Positions 1-10,954 of a DNA stretch of 64,000 nt are shown piece by piece. Position 1 is the first letter of the stretch. Each line of letters starts with the position of its first letter. The stretch is from positions 84,694,001-84,758,000 of the forward strand of contig CM059432.1 in assembly GCA_030390025.1 (NCBI GenBank), given 5' to 3'. A program made the translations under genes and the position numbers. The stretch is from Squalus acanthias. Lineage: Eukaryota. Under the pieces are notes generated by a model, which saw nothing but the letters and a program-made list of their open reading frames with translations, did not search any database and was not told where the DNA came from.

Positions 1-3000
1 GTGGTATAAAGAGTGTGAGAGTGGGAACAGCGGAATAAAGAGCGCGAGAACGGGAACAGTGGTATAAAGAGCGCGAGAACGGGAACAGTGGTATAAAGAG
101 CGTGAGAGAGGGAACAGTGGAATAAAGAGCGCGAGAGTGGGAACAGCAGAATAAAGAGCGCGAGAGTGGGAACAGTGGAATAAAGAGCGTGAGAGTGGGC
201 ACAGTGGAATAAAGAAGGGAGAGAGGGAACAGCGGAATAAAGAGCGCGAGAGTGGGAACAGCGGAATAAAGAGCGGGAGAGTGGGAACAGTGGAATGAAG
301 AGCGTGAGAGTGGGAACAGTGGAATAAAGAGCGGGAGAGTGGCAACAGCGGAATAAAGAGCGCGAGAGTGGGAACAGCGTAATAAAGAGCGGGAGAGTGG
401 GAACAGCGGAATAAATAGCGCGAGAGCGGGAACAGTGGAATAAAGAGCGTGAGAGCGGGAACAGCGGAATAAAGAGCGGGAGAGCGGGAACAGCGGAATA
501 AAGAGCGAGAGCAGCGGGAACAGTGGAATAAAGAGCGCGAGAGTGGGAACAGTGGAATGAAGAGCGTGAGAGTGGGAACAGTGGAATAAAGAACGGGAGA
601 GTGGGAACAGCGAAATAAAGAGCGCGAGAGTGGGAACAGCGGAATAAAGAGCGCGAGAGTGGAAACAGCGGAATAAAGAGCGCGAGAGTGGGAACAGCGG
701 AATAAAGAGCGCTGAGAGCGGGAGCAGCGGAATAAAGAGCGCGAGAGTGGGAACAGCGGAATAAAGAGCGCGAGAGCGGGAACAACGGTATAAAGATCGG
801 GAGAGCAGGAACAGCGGAATAAAGAGCGTGAGAGTGGGAACAACGGTATAAAGAACGTGAGAGTGGGAACATTGGTATAAAGAGCGCGAGAGCGGGAACA
901 GCGGAATAAAGAGCGTGAGAGTGGGAACAGCAGAATAAAGAGCGCGAGAGCGGGAACAGCGGAATAAAGAGCGCGAGAGCGGGAACAGCGGAATAAAGAG
1001 CGGGAGAGTGGGAACAGCAGAATAAAGAGCGGGAGAGCGGGAACAGTGGTATAAAGAGCGTGAGAGTGGGAACTGCAGAATAAAGAGTGGGAGAGCGGGA
1101 ACAGTGGAATAAAGAGCGTGAGAGTGGGAACAGTGGTATAAAGAGCGGGAGAGCGGGAACTGTGGAATAAAGAGCGTGAGAGTGGGAACAGCAGAATAAA
1201 GAGCGGGAGAGCGGGAACAGCGGAATAAAGAGCGTGAGAGCGGGAACAGTGGTATAAAGAGCGCGAGAGTGGGAACAGTGGAATAAAGAGTGGGAGAGCG
1301 GGAACAGCGGAATAAAGAGCGTGAGAGTGGGAACAGTGGAATAAAGAGTGCGAGAGCGGGAACAGCGGAATAAAGAGTGCGAGAGCGGGAACAGCGGAAT
1401 AAAGAGCGCGAGAGCGGGAACAGCGGAATAAAGAGTGCGAGAGTGGGAACAGCGGTATAATGAGCGCGAGAGCGGGAACAGCGGAATAAAGAGCGGGAGA
1501 GCGGGAACAGTGGAATAAAGAGCGGGAGAGCGGGAACAGTGGAATAAAGAGCGCCAGAGCGGGAACAGCGGAATAAAGAGCGGGAGTCGGAGCAGCGGTA
1601 TAAAGAGCGCGAGAGCGGGAACAGTGGAATAAAGAGCGTGAGAGTGGGAACAGCGGAATAAAGAGCGCGAGAGCGGGAACAATGGTATAAAGAGCGTGAG
1701 AGTGGGAACAGCAGAATAAAGAGCGGGAGAGTGGGAACAGCGGAATAAAGGGCGGGAGAGTGGGAACAGTGGAATAAAGAGCGCGAGAGTGGGAACAGTG
1801 GTATAAAGAGTGTGAGAGTGGGAACAGTGGAATAAAGAGCAGGAGAGTGGGAACAGTGGAATAAAGAGCGCGAGAGCGGGAACAACGGTATAAAGATCGG
1901 GAGAGCAGGAACAGCGGAATAAAGAGCGTGAGAGTGGGAACAACGGTATAAAGAACGTGAGAGTGGGAACAGTGGTATAAAGAGCGGGAGATCGGGAACA
2001 GCGGAATAAAGAGCGTGAGAGTGGGAACATTGGTATAAAGAGCGCGAGAGCGGGAACAGCGGAATAAAGAGCGTGAGAGTGGGAACAGCAGAACAAAGAG
2101 CGCGAGAGCGGGAACAGCGGAATAAAGAGCGCGAGAGCGGGAACAGCGGAATAAAGAGCGGGAGAGTGGGAACAGCAGAATAAAGAGCGCGAGAGCGGGA
2201 ACAGTGGTATAAAGAGCGTGAGAGTGGGAACTGCAGAATAAAGAGTGGGAGAGCGGGAACAGTGGAATAAAGAGCGTGAGAGTGGGAACAGTGGAATAAA
2301 GAGCGTGAGAGTGGGAACAGCAGAATAAAGAGCGCGAGAGTGGGAACAGCGGAATAAAGAGCGTGAGAGTGGGAACAGCAGAATAAAGAGCGGGAGAGCG
2401 GGAACAGCGGAATAAAGAGCGTGAGAGTGGGAACAGTGGAATAAAGAGTGCGAGAGCGGGAACAGCGGAATAAAGAGCGCGAGAGCGGGAACAGCGGAAT
2501 AAAGAGTGCGAGAGTGGGAACAGCGGTATAATGAGCGCGAGAGCGGGAACAGCGGAATAAAGAGCGGGAGAGCGGGAACAGTGGAATAAAGAGCGGGAGA
2601 GCGGGAACAGTGGAATAAAGAGCGCCAGAGCGGGAACAGCGGAATAAAGAGCGGGAGTCGGAGCAGCGGAATAAAGAGCGCGAGAGCGGGAACAGTGGAA
2701 TAAAGAGCGTGAGAGTGGGAACAGCGGAATAAAGAGCGCGAGTGCGGGAACAGCGGTATAAAGAGCGTGAGAGTGGGAACAGCAGAATAAAGAGCGGGAG
2801 AGTGGGAACAGCGGAATAAAGAGCGGGAGAGTGGGAACAGTGGAATAAAGAGCGCGAGAGTGGAAACAGTGGTATAAAGAGTGTGAGAGTGGGAACAGCG
2901 GAATAAAGAGCAGGAGAGTGGGAACAGTGGAATAAAGAGCGCGAGAGCGGGAACAACGGTATAAAGATCGGGAGAGCAGGAACAGCGGAATAAAGAGCGT

Positions 3001-5068
3001 GAGAGTGGGAACAACGGTATAAAGAACGTGAGAGTGGGAACAGTGGTATAAAGAGCGGGAGATCGGGAACAGCGGAATAAAGAGCGTGAGAGTGGGAACA
3101 GCAGAATAAAGAGCGCGAGAGCGGGAACAGCGGAATAAAGAGCGCGAGAGCGGGAACAGCGGAATAAAGAGCGGGAGAGTGGGAACAGCAGAATAAAGAG
3201 CGCGAGAGCGGGAACAGTGGTATAAAGAGCGTGAGAGTGGGAACTGCAGAATAAAGAGTGGGAGAGCGGGAACAGTGGAATAAAGAGCGTGAGAGTGGGA
3301 ACAGTGGTATAAAGAGCGGGAGAGCGGGAACAGTGGAATAAAGAGCGTGAGAGTGGGAACAGCAGAATAAAGAGCGGGAGAGCGGGAACAGCGGAATAAA
3401 GAGCGTGAGAGCGGGAACAGTGGTATAAAGAGCGGGAGAGCGGGAACAGCGGAATAAAGAGCGTGAGAGTGGGAACAGTGGAATAAAGAGTGCGAGAGCG
3501 GGAACAGCGGAATAAAGAGTGCGAGAGCAGGAACAGCGGAATAAAGAGCGTGAGAGCGGGAACAGCGGAATAAAGAGTTTGAGAGTGGGAACAGCGGTAT
3601 AATGAGCGCGAGAGCGGGAACAGCGGAATAAAGAGCGGGAGAGCGGGAACAGTGGAATAAAGAGCGCCAGAGCGGGAACAGTGGAATAAAGAGCGCCAGA
3701 GCGGGAACAGCGGAATAAAGAGCGGGAGTCGGAGCAGCGGTATAAAGAGCGCGAGAGCGGGAACAGTGGAATAAAGAGCGCGAGAGCGGGAACAGCGGTA
3801 TAAAGAGCGTGAGAGTGGGAACAGCAGAATAAAGAGCGGGAGAGTGGGAACAGCGGAATAAAGAGCGCGAGAGTGGGAACAGTGGAATAAAGAGCGCGAG
3901 AGTGGGAACAGTGGTATAAAGAGTGTGAGAGTGGGAACAGCGGAATAAAGAGCGGGAGAGTGGGAACAGTGGTATAAAGAGCGTGAGTGGGAGCAGCGGA
4001 ATAAAGAGCGGGAGAGTGGGAACAGCGGAATAAAGAGCGCGAGAGTGGGAACAGCGGAATAAAGAGCGGGAGAGCGGGAACAGCGGAATAAAGAGCGGGA
4101 GAGCGTGAACAGTGGTATAAAGAGCGCGAGAGCGGGAACAGTGGTATAAAGAGTGTGAGAGTGGGAACAGTGGAATAAAGAGCGCGAGAGCGGGAACAGT
4201 GGAATAAAGAGCGCGAGATCGGGAACAGTGGAATAAAGAGCGCGAGAGCGGGAACAGTGGAATAAAGAGCGCGAGAGCGGGAACAGTGGTATAAAGAGCG
4301 CGAGAGCGGGAACAGTGGTATAAAGAGCGCGAGAGCGGGAACAGCGGAATAAAGAGTGTGAGAGTGGGAACAGCGGAATAAAGAGCGCGAGAACGGGAAC
4401 AGTGGTATAAAGAGCGCGAGAACGGGAACAGTGGTATAAAGAGCGTGAGAGTGGGAACAGTGGAATAAAGAGCGCGAGAGTGGGAACAGTGGAATAAAGA
4501 GCGTGAGAGTGGGAACAGTGGAATAAAGAGCGGGAGAGAGGGAACAGTGGAATGAAGAGCGTGAGAGTGGGAACAGTGGAATAAAGAGCGGGAGAGTGGG
4601 AACAGCGGAATAAAGAGCGCGAGAGTGGGAACAGCGGAATAAAGAGCGGGAGAGTGGGAACAGTGGAATGAAGAGCGTGAGAGTGGGAACAGTGGAATAA
4701 AGAGCGGGAGAGTGGGAACAGCGGAATAAAGAGCGCGAGAGTGGGAACAGCGGAATAAAGAGCGGGAGAGTGGGAACAGCGGAATAAATAGCGTGAGAGC
4801 GGGAACAGTGGAATAAAGAGCGTGAGAGCGGGAACAGCGGAATAAAGAGCGGGAGAGCGGGAACAGCGGAATAAAGAGCGAGAGCAGCGGGAACAGTGGA
4901 ATAAAGAGCGAGAGCAGCGACACAAAGAGCGCCGAGAGCAGGAGCAGCGGTAGAAAGAGCGCCGATAGCGGGAGCAGCGGCACAAAGAGCGCCGAGAGCG
5001 GGAGCAGCGGTATAAAGAGCGCCGAGAGCGGAAGCAGCGGTATAAAGAGCGCCGAGAGCGGAAGCAGC
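1..5068. repeat. 29-bp tandem satellite (consensus AGAG(C/T)GGGAACAG(C/T)GG(A/T)ATAAAGAGCG(C/T/G)G), about 170 units, ending in about five 30-bp variant units; runs off the window start
   Basis: Unit spacing read directly (e.g. AGAGC at 241 and 270). Units become AAAGAGCGCCGAGAGCGGGAGCAGCGGTAT from about 4925. Confidence 0.98.
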
Positions 5069-7377
5069 ATGAGAAGGACCAGACCTGGTGGGGGCACAGC
5101 GAAAGCAAGCAGTTAAAAGGAGCAGTCCCGAGCAGCAGCAACTCAACAGAGGCAGGTTTTGAAAAAGTGACGTTGGCACAAGGGAAGGAGCTGATTGGTG
5201 AGTAGCTGGTGAGTGTATTTTGATTTAAGTTTTTAGTTTATTTCTGCTAAGTTAGTTAATAGCTTATTAAATAGAGGGAAAGAGCTGATTGGTGAGTAGC
5301 TGGGGAGTGTTTTTTGTTAAGTTTTAAGTTTATTTCTGCTGGGTTAGATTTTTGTCCATTAACGAGAGGTATGGCAGGGCAGCTTCATCCCGTGGAGTGC
5401 ACATCCTGTGCCATGTGGGAAGTCCTGGACACTTCGCATTGAAGGGATAATTACCAGTCCTAGCCCTTTTTGAGCTACCCCAGATCAGGCGTATTCCCCA
5501 GACATTCACCTTCAACTAAAGTTAGCGATAGCCGAATCCTACAGATGCTTAATTGGGTCTAAAGGTCAGACTACCTCTCCCTAAAGGAAAGGAACGGCCT
5601 GAAGATGTTACCGTCCTCTGGATAGCACTTTTAACAAGTTTTGTAGGCTTCGCAAAATTCCCCAGAAACTCGAACAGAACCCTAAAGGGGGTGATTTTTG
5701 GATTTTTATACGAATTTGGAATGATGGGACCTAAATGAAGGAATTTGAGGTGAAAACCCCAGTTTCGGACATTTTTAAGGATCAGGGAAGAAAAACCCTG
5801 AGGAAAATGACTTTGGAAAAATACTATACCTTTAAAAGGGCCATTAGGAAAGCCTGCAGTCACAGAAACTCCACAGGCTGCAGGAAAGGGTGTGGTGAGG
5901 CAGTGGACAGCTTTTGGATATTGGGACCGAGCCAAGCTGTCTGGGAGATGTGTGCACTGCAATCCAACCAAGGAGGAAGAGCCTCACCCAAAACCTCACA
6001 TACACATCCAAAAATGAATAATCCAAGACCCCTTTTGAAATCCCCAGGCCCAAACAGGATGCTAGAAGCCTGAAAACAATAAAACATCCAGTACACCTAT
6101 TACCCCATCAAAAACCAATTAGCCAAGTATCTACAGGGACAGATTAACAAGCCCGCCAAAAACCTAAGACAAAAGGGGCGAGATTTGGCGCGTAGATAAA
6201 GGCCCTGCCTAAATGGATGACATCGGAAGCCATCAGGACAAGTAAACATAAAATTAAACCCATCAAACTTAACGAGCCTGCCAAAACCTAAGACAAAAGA
6301 ATGAACAGGCCTCAACTGAAACCTAAATCACTTCAACACGAAACCGATTTAGTAAAGCGCTTTTGGCACGAAAAATACACTGGGCCTGAACGGTATAATT
6401 GAGGGCCTATTCCCCCAGCAAACACAGCAAGTTACTCACTGCTACAGGAGCCACACAACACGAGCAAGAGGAGGAGAGAAGCAGCAAGGCCATGAGGCAG
6501 ACCCGGGGCGAGATCGGAGGCAGGGACAGACAAGGCCAGGCAAGGGCTAGAGCTGACACCACTGGGAGCGAGTCGGCATCGCTCAGTACACGGTCCAGCA
6601 CTAACAGCCACTAGCCAAGGTCACTGGAGGCTGGGAGCAAGTCGGCATCGCTCAACCCACGGTCCAGCCCCAGGAGGTACCGCCCCGACAGGCCTCCAAC
6701 GCAACAAATCGACCACTAGAGCCACCAAGGGCTCCACGAGGTAGACCGCCACTCAAAAGTACCACATGGACCAAGGCCCCGTGCAACGACCAACCACCAG
6801 GCAACCATGACCTAAATCAGCCAACCAGGGGAAACCTGAACAAACGCCAACCCTACAACTACTCCTGGCTTACCCCTGGGTAAGACTTGCATGCAAAGAC
6901 TCTAAACCTACAGCTAGAAGCAAAGAAATCGGGTACTTACCTGATAAATCCACAACTGTGCCTTACCGCATCTGCGGACTCCACCTGACCGAGGAGCCTT
7001 TGCAGATTCCACAGACCGGTACCATGTGGGGACGGCAGGCCCCAAAGGACACAAAGAGAGTACCCCAAAAACGCAATCAACTTACCTGGCTGGATTTCGA
7101 ACTGTCAAAACCCCTGTTTGGTGATCATTATCCCTGATCTCCTGAAACAAAAACTTAGCTAGACAATGGGATTTTGGGAGGGATAAGGGTTTTTGTAGAT
7201 TGTAAGGGGGAAAAATTCAGTTGGTTGCGCCTCCCGTTAGCGCCTTAAGAGGGCGCTAATGGGGCGCAAAGCAGCTCGCGCCCGGGCGCAGCGATGTTTG
7301 CACTGCTCGCGAACTTAACTAGACATTTTGTGGCGGCGCTAAACTTTATCGCCGCGATCTCCTGCGCGCGCAGATTG

Positions 7378-7500
7378 TGACGTCATACGAGAGTGCAACG
7401 CCCTTGTGGCGCCCCCATCCTTACCGCCTGGCGCATCCAACGACCGGTAGAGTGGAACGCTATCAATCGCTGTGGGGCTGGGGGGGGGCGCTATTTAAAG
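7378..7500 (+). promoter_or_regulatory. Putative transposase promoter: CRE palindrome TGACGTCA (7378-7385) and TATA-like TATTTAAAG (7492)
   Basis: Motifs lie about 200-310 bp upstream of the ATG and are kept in related copies (33389, 50344, 56960). Confidence 0.5.
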
Positions 7501-7692
7501 GGGGCCTCTTCCTGTCTTTCTCTGTGGTTGACATTTTTGCACCACTCGTTCTGAGAGAGAGAGAGAGATTCGGAGAGAGAGAAAGAGAGACTTCTGCATT
7601 GAGTCAACGCTGTGTGAGGTAGTTTTGGCTACTCATCCTAACTTCGCTGGTACTTTGGTTTCTGGCCTTCATAACTTTGCTTGCTAAGAGAT

Positions 7693-8723
7693 ATGGGGGC
7701 TGCACTGATGGGGGGCGTCGTCCTGCGCCAGCTGAATCGGAGGAGACAGAGACGCAGAGAGAGAGTGGCAATGATGGCCAGACGGAGGAGGGCCAACAGG
7801 CGTCTGTACAGGAGAGCTTACCCTCCCAGGGTATATCGTGAACAGCTCTCCTACATTCATATGTCTGAGGAGCAGTGTCTGCGAAGGCTGTGCTTCAGCA
7901 GGGAGGTGGTCACTGAGCTCTGCCACCTGCTGCAGCCAGATCTGCAGCCTCAACTGAGGTCCAGGACGTCTCTGTCGGTGGCAGTGAAGGTCACAGTGGC
8001 TCTGAACTTTTATGCTACTGGCTCATTTCAATCTGCTGTTGGGGACATCGCCAATATCTCCCAGTTCGCGGTGCATTGCTGCATCCGGAAGGTCACAAAT
8101 GCCCTCTTTAAAAGGAGACGAGAGTTCATCTCTTTCCCCATGACCCCAGACAAGCAGCAAGAACGCGCTCTGGGCTTTGCGAGGATAGCGGGCTTCCCCA
8201 TGGTGCAGGGCGCCATTGACTGCACGCATGTGGCTTTGCATGCTCCGCATGAGAATGCCGAGGATTTCCGGAACAGAAAGGGGTTCCATTCCTTGAATGT
8301 TCAGTTGGTCTGTGACCACAGACAGCTGATACTCGCTGTCAATGCCCAGTATCCTGGCAGCTGCCACGATGCTTTCATCCTGCGCCAGACTACTGTGGCA
8401 GAACTTTTCGAGGCACCGCATCAGCCAGTTGGTTGGCTTCTCGGGGACAAGGGGTATCCACTGAGCACCTGGCTGATGACACCGCTCCGTACGCCCAACA
8501 CCCCTGCTGAGCTGCGGTACAACGAGAGCCATCAAGCTACCAGGAACATCGTGGAGCACACAATCGGCGTGCTCAAGCAACGGTTCCGCTGTCTCGACCA
8601 TTCGGGAGGAGCCCTGCAGTACTCGCCTGAGCGAGTTTCCAACATCGTAGTTGTGTGCTGCATGCTGCATAACATGGCAATCCTCAGGACCCAGCCAATG
8701 CCACCAGGCCTTGGAGCACCACC

Positions 8724-8754
<31 letters not shown>

Positions 8755-8853
8755 GAGGAGGATGATCAGCAGCAGCACCAAGGCGTGAGGGCGGCCCACA
8801 ATGGTGAAACTGCAAGGGCCGTCCGTCAGCGGCTGATAGCAAGCCGCTTCTAG
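7693..8853 (+). CDS. Harbinger (HARBI1-like) DDE transposase, 386 aa
   Basis: Uninterrupted ORF with GAIDCTH, GDKGY and VEHTIG catalytic motifs, NRKGFHSLNVQLVCD, CCMLHN, an Arg-rich N-terminus and a poly-Glu tract near the C-terminus. First ATG at 7693. Confidence 0.95.
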
Positions 8854-9164
8854 GCCCCTGCTGTGGAAATGGCTTCTGCCATTGAGAACAGCATGAATGA
8901 ACCCAACACGCAACCCCTAAGCCGGCCAAGGCACCAATGATTCCAAACACCAAACATGTATATTTTGAGTACCAAAACTTATTTATTTTACAAACTCTGT
9001 GTGTGTCATTTCTTCATGACAAACTCATACAAATAAACACAAAAAAACAGTCATTACCGTAACTGGTTCTCACAACCTGGAGATCATGTGCAAAACACTC
9101 AACAAAAGTTTGACCACGAACCTCGGCCTTTAATAAAAAAATGACCAACATTTTGTCACAGCTC

Positions 9165-10954
9165 CTACATCGAGGGTGAACTCCTTCCCGTGCGCCCTTC
9201 CCCCCTTCTTACCCTACTGCTCCTCCGCAATGGGACCTCAGTGGCTGCAGCAAGGCTGGTGGAAGGCTGCTGACTGTCAGGCCCTGACAATGCAGATGCC
9301 CTTGAGGGACGGCCTCGACCAGTTCTGGGCCTGGAGGGCCCGGCTGCAGACTGCACCAACTCTGCATGGGCGGCAGCAGTCTGTCCTACAGGCGGTGGCA
9401 ACTGCAGTGGAGAAGTGACAGTGGTGGCAGCAGGAATGCTGTCATCTTGAGCGAGGACAGCAACTCCCTGCTCGACCGGCACACTGGCACTCCCACGGGG
9501 CAGCACCTCAGCATCCGGAGCAATCTGCTGGAGCACAGATTGCTGGCCTGCTGCGGCGCGGTGAGAGCCCCGGGGAAATGTGAACGAACCAGCGAGGATG
9601 GCAGCAGACAGTGCTCGCGTGGCCTCAATCTGAGTCTGCATGAGAGCAGTCTGAGATTGAATTGCAGCACTGAGCTTCAGTGTCGCATCCGCCTGCGCTG
9701 CAGCGAAGTGCTCCACACTCCTTGCCAGTGCTTCAATGCATTTGGGCACCCTACCCACTGCAGCCATGAGCTCAGTGTGCATGCCCACCGCCTGGGTGTT
9801 CATTTCCGCGATCAGCCGCTCCTCCTCTGCGTCCAGTGCAGCAGGACTCGCTGGCATATTCTCCCTCCGGGGAGAAGGCCCCCGAGCTTCCCTACCCCCA
9901 TCGCGTTGCTGCAGCCCGCTGGGTCCTGGAGCTTCACCCTCATCAGACCCTTCCCCCCTGCTCCCCTCCAGGGAAGGCGTGTTCCCAGTGTCGGCATGGG
10001 CTTCCTCGGGAGAGGGAGGCACTGATGCTCCGGCTTCCTCTTCCTCCTCGGCTGCAGCTTCACTCCCACTGGCAGCTTCAGGGCCCGTCTCCTCAGCTGG
10101 TGAATCACCATCTGAAAGCAGGGAGGTACAAGAGTGGCTTTAGCGTGAGGACAGGCTGGCAGTAAGGGAGGAATAAGTGCAGCGAGTTAGTAAGTTGGAT
10201 TGAAAGTGTCAAAGGCTGGTGTTGTGAGGGACAAGTGGAAGGACAGAGGACAAAAAGGTGATGACCTTACCATTGCTGTCCAGAACGGGGTCGGCGTCTC
10301 CAGTGGCGACGGGACCGATCACCCGGCTTGCCACAATCCTGTGGATGCACTCCTCAAGATCGCTGAGGGGTTGCAGCTGAGGCCGCCCTCCACCTGTCCG
10401 TTGCTGCTGTCTCCTATTATGCGCCAGCTTGGCCTGCAAGAAAAAGGACGGCGTCTGAGTAAATATACAGCCATGGTCTTGCCTGATGTGCCTCCCATAG
10501 GTGAATAGCCCTTACTGTATGCAGCCATGGTCTTGCCTGATGTGCCTCCCATAGGTGAATAGCCCTTACTGTATGCAAAGTATGGAATGTGTGTGTGTGC
10601 TTCATGAAAGGGCCATAGGTGTTGGATGAGTGTTGTTAATTGTGGTTTTAAGACCCTCTGGCCATAGAGTGAGGTTGAGATGGAGGGATGGAGAGGTATT
10701 GCAAAAAAGCCACTCACCCTGATGACCCGAGTGAGGTCGTTGAACTTTTTCCGGCATTGGACATCGGTCCTGGGCACCATGCTCCTGGAGGAGACGCGCT
10801 GAGCCACCTCCCTCCACACTCTTCTGTAGTCGCGCGGCAAAGGCCTCCTGCCACTCTCTGGGTACAGTATTGCTCTTCGACGCTCCACCGCGCCAACCAG
10901 AGCATCCAAGGCCCGCTCGGTGAAGCGCTCAGCTCGTTCTCTCGCCCTCTCCAT
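9165..10954 (-). CDS. Harbinger Myb/SANT-like (NAIF1/MSANTD-type) DNA-binding protein, 3 exons: 10954-10718, 10433-10271, 10111-9165; 448 aa
   Basis: Exon 1 encodes RF..E.L..LV..V, W.EVA and QCRKKFNDL. Donors GTGAGT and GTAAGG, acceptors TTGCAG and TTTCAG. Lengths 237+163+947=1347 nt stay in frame, and the same splice sites recur in copy 2. Confidence 0.88.
10469..10575. repeat. 54-bp tandem duplication inside intron 1 of the Myb gene
   Basis: AGCCATGGTCTTGCCTGATGTGCCTCCCATAGGTGAATAGCCCTTACTGTATGC is present twice here but once in copy 2 (about 53783-53836). Confidence 0.9.

Noticed and set aside
1..5068. CRISPR-like array
   Set aside because: Units are contiguous with no unique spacers, and the context is eukaryotic.
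1..5110. Minus strand of the satellite appears stop-free in all three frames
   Set aside because: This follows from the unit lacking TTA, CTA and TCA on the + strand; nothing suggests coding function.
5181..5340. About 94-bp-spaced duplication in the CR1 5'UTR
   Set aside because: Real but minor local duplication with no further implication.
5735..6073. 112-aa ORF inside the LTR-like insert as a gag or accessory gene
   Set aside because: No recognisable motif, and overlapping ORFs of similar size occur on both strands.
7693..8853. Domesticated host HARBI1 gene
   Set aside because: It lies between TIRs with a Myb partner, is multi-copy and is nested in other elements, so no gene symbol was assigned.
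8023..8913. 296-aa antisense ORF and similar shadows (9366-10025, 60824-61342)
   Set aside because: These are antisense shadows of GC-rich coding sequence; the 8023-8913 shadow is broken by stops in the sister copy.
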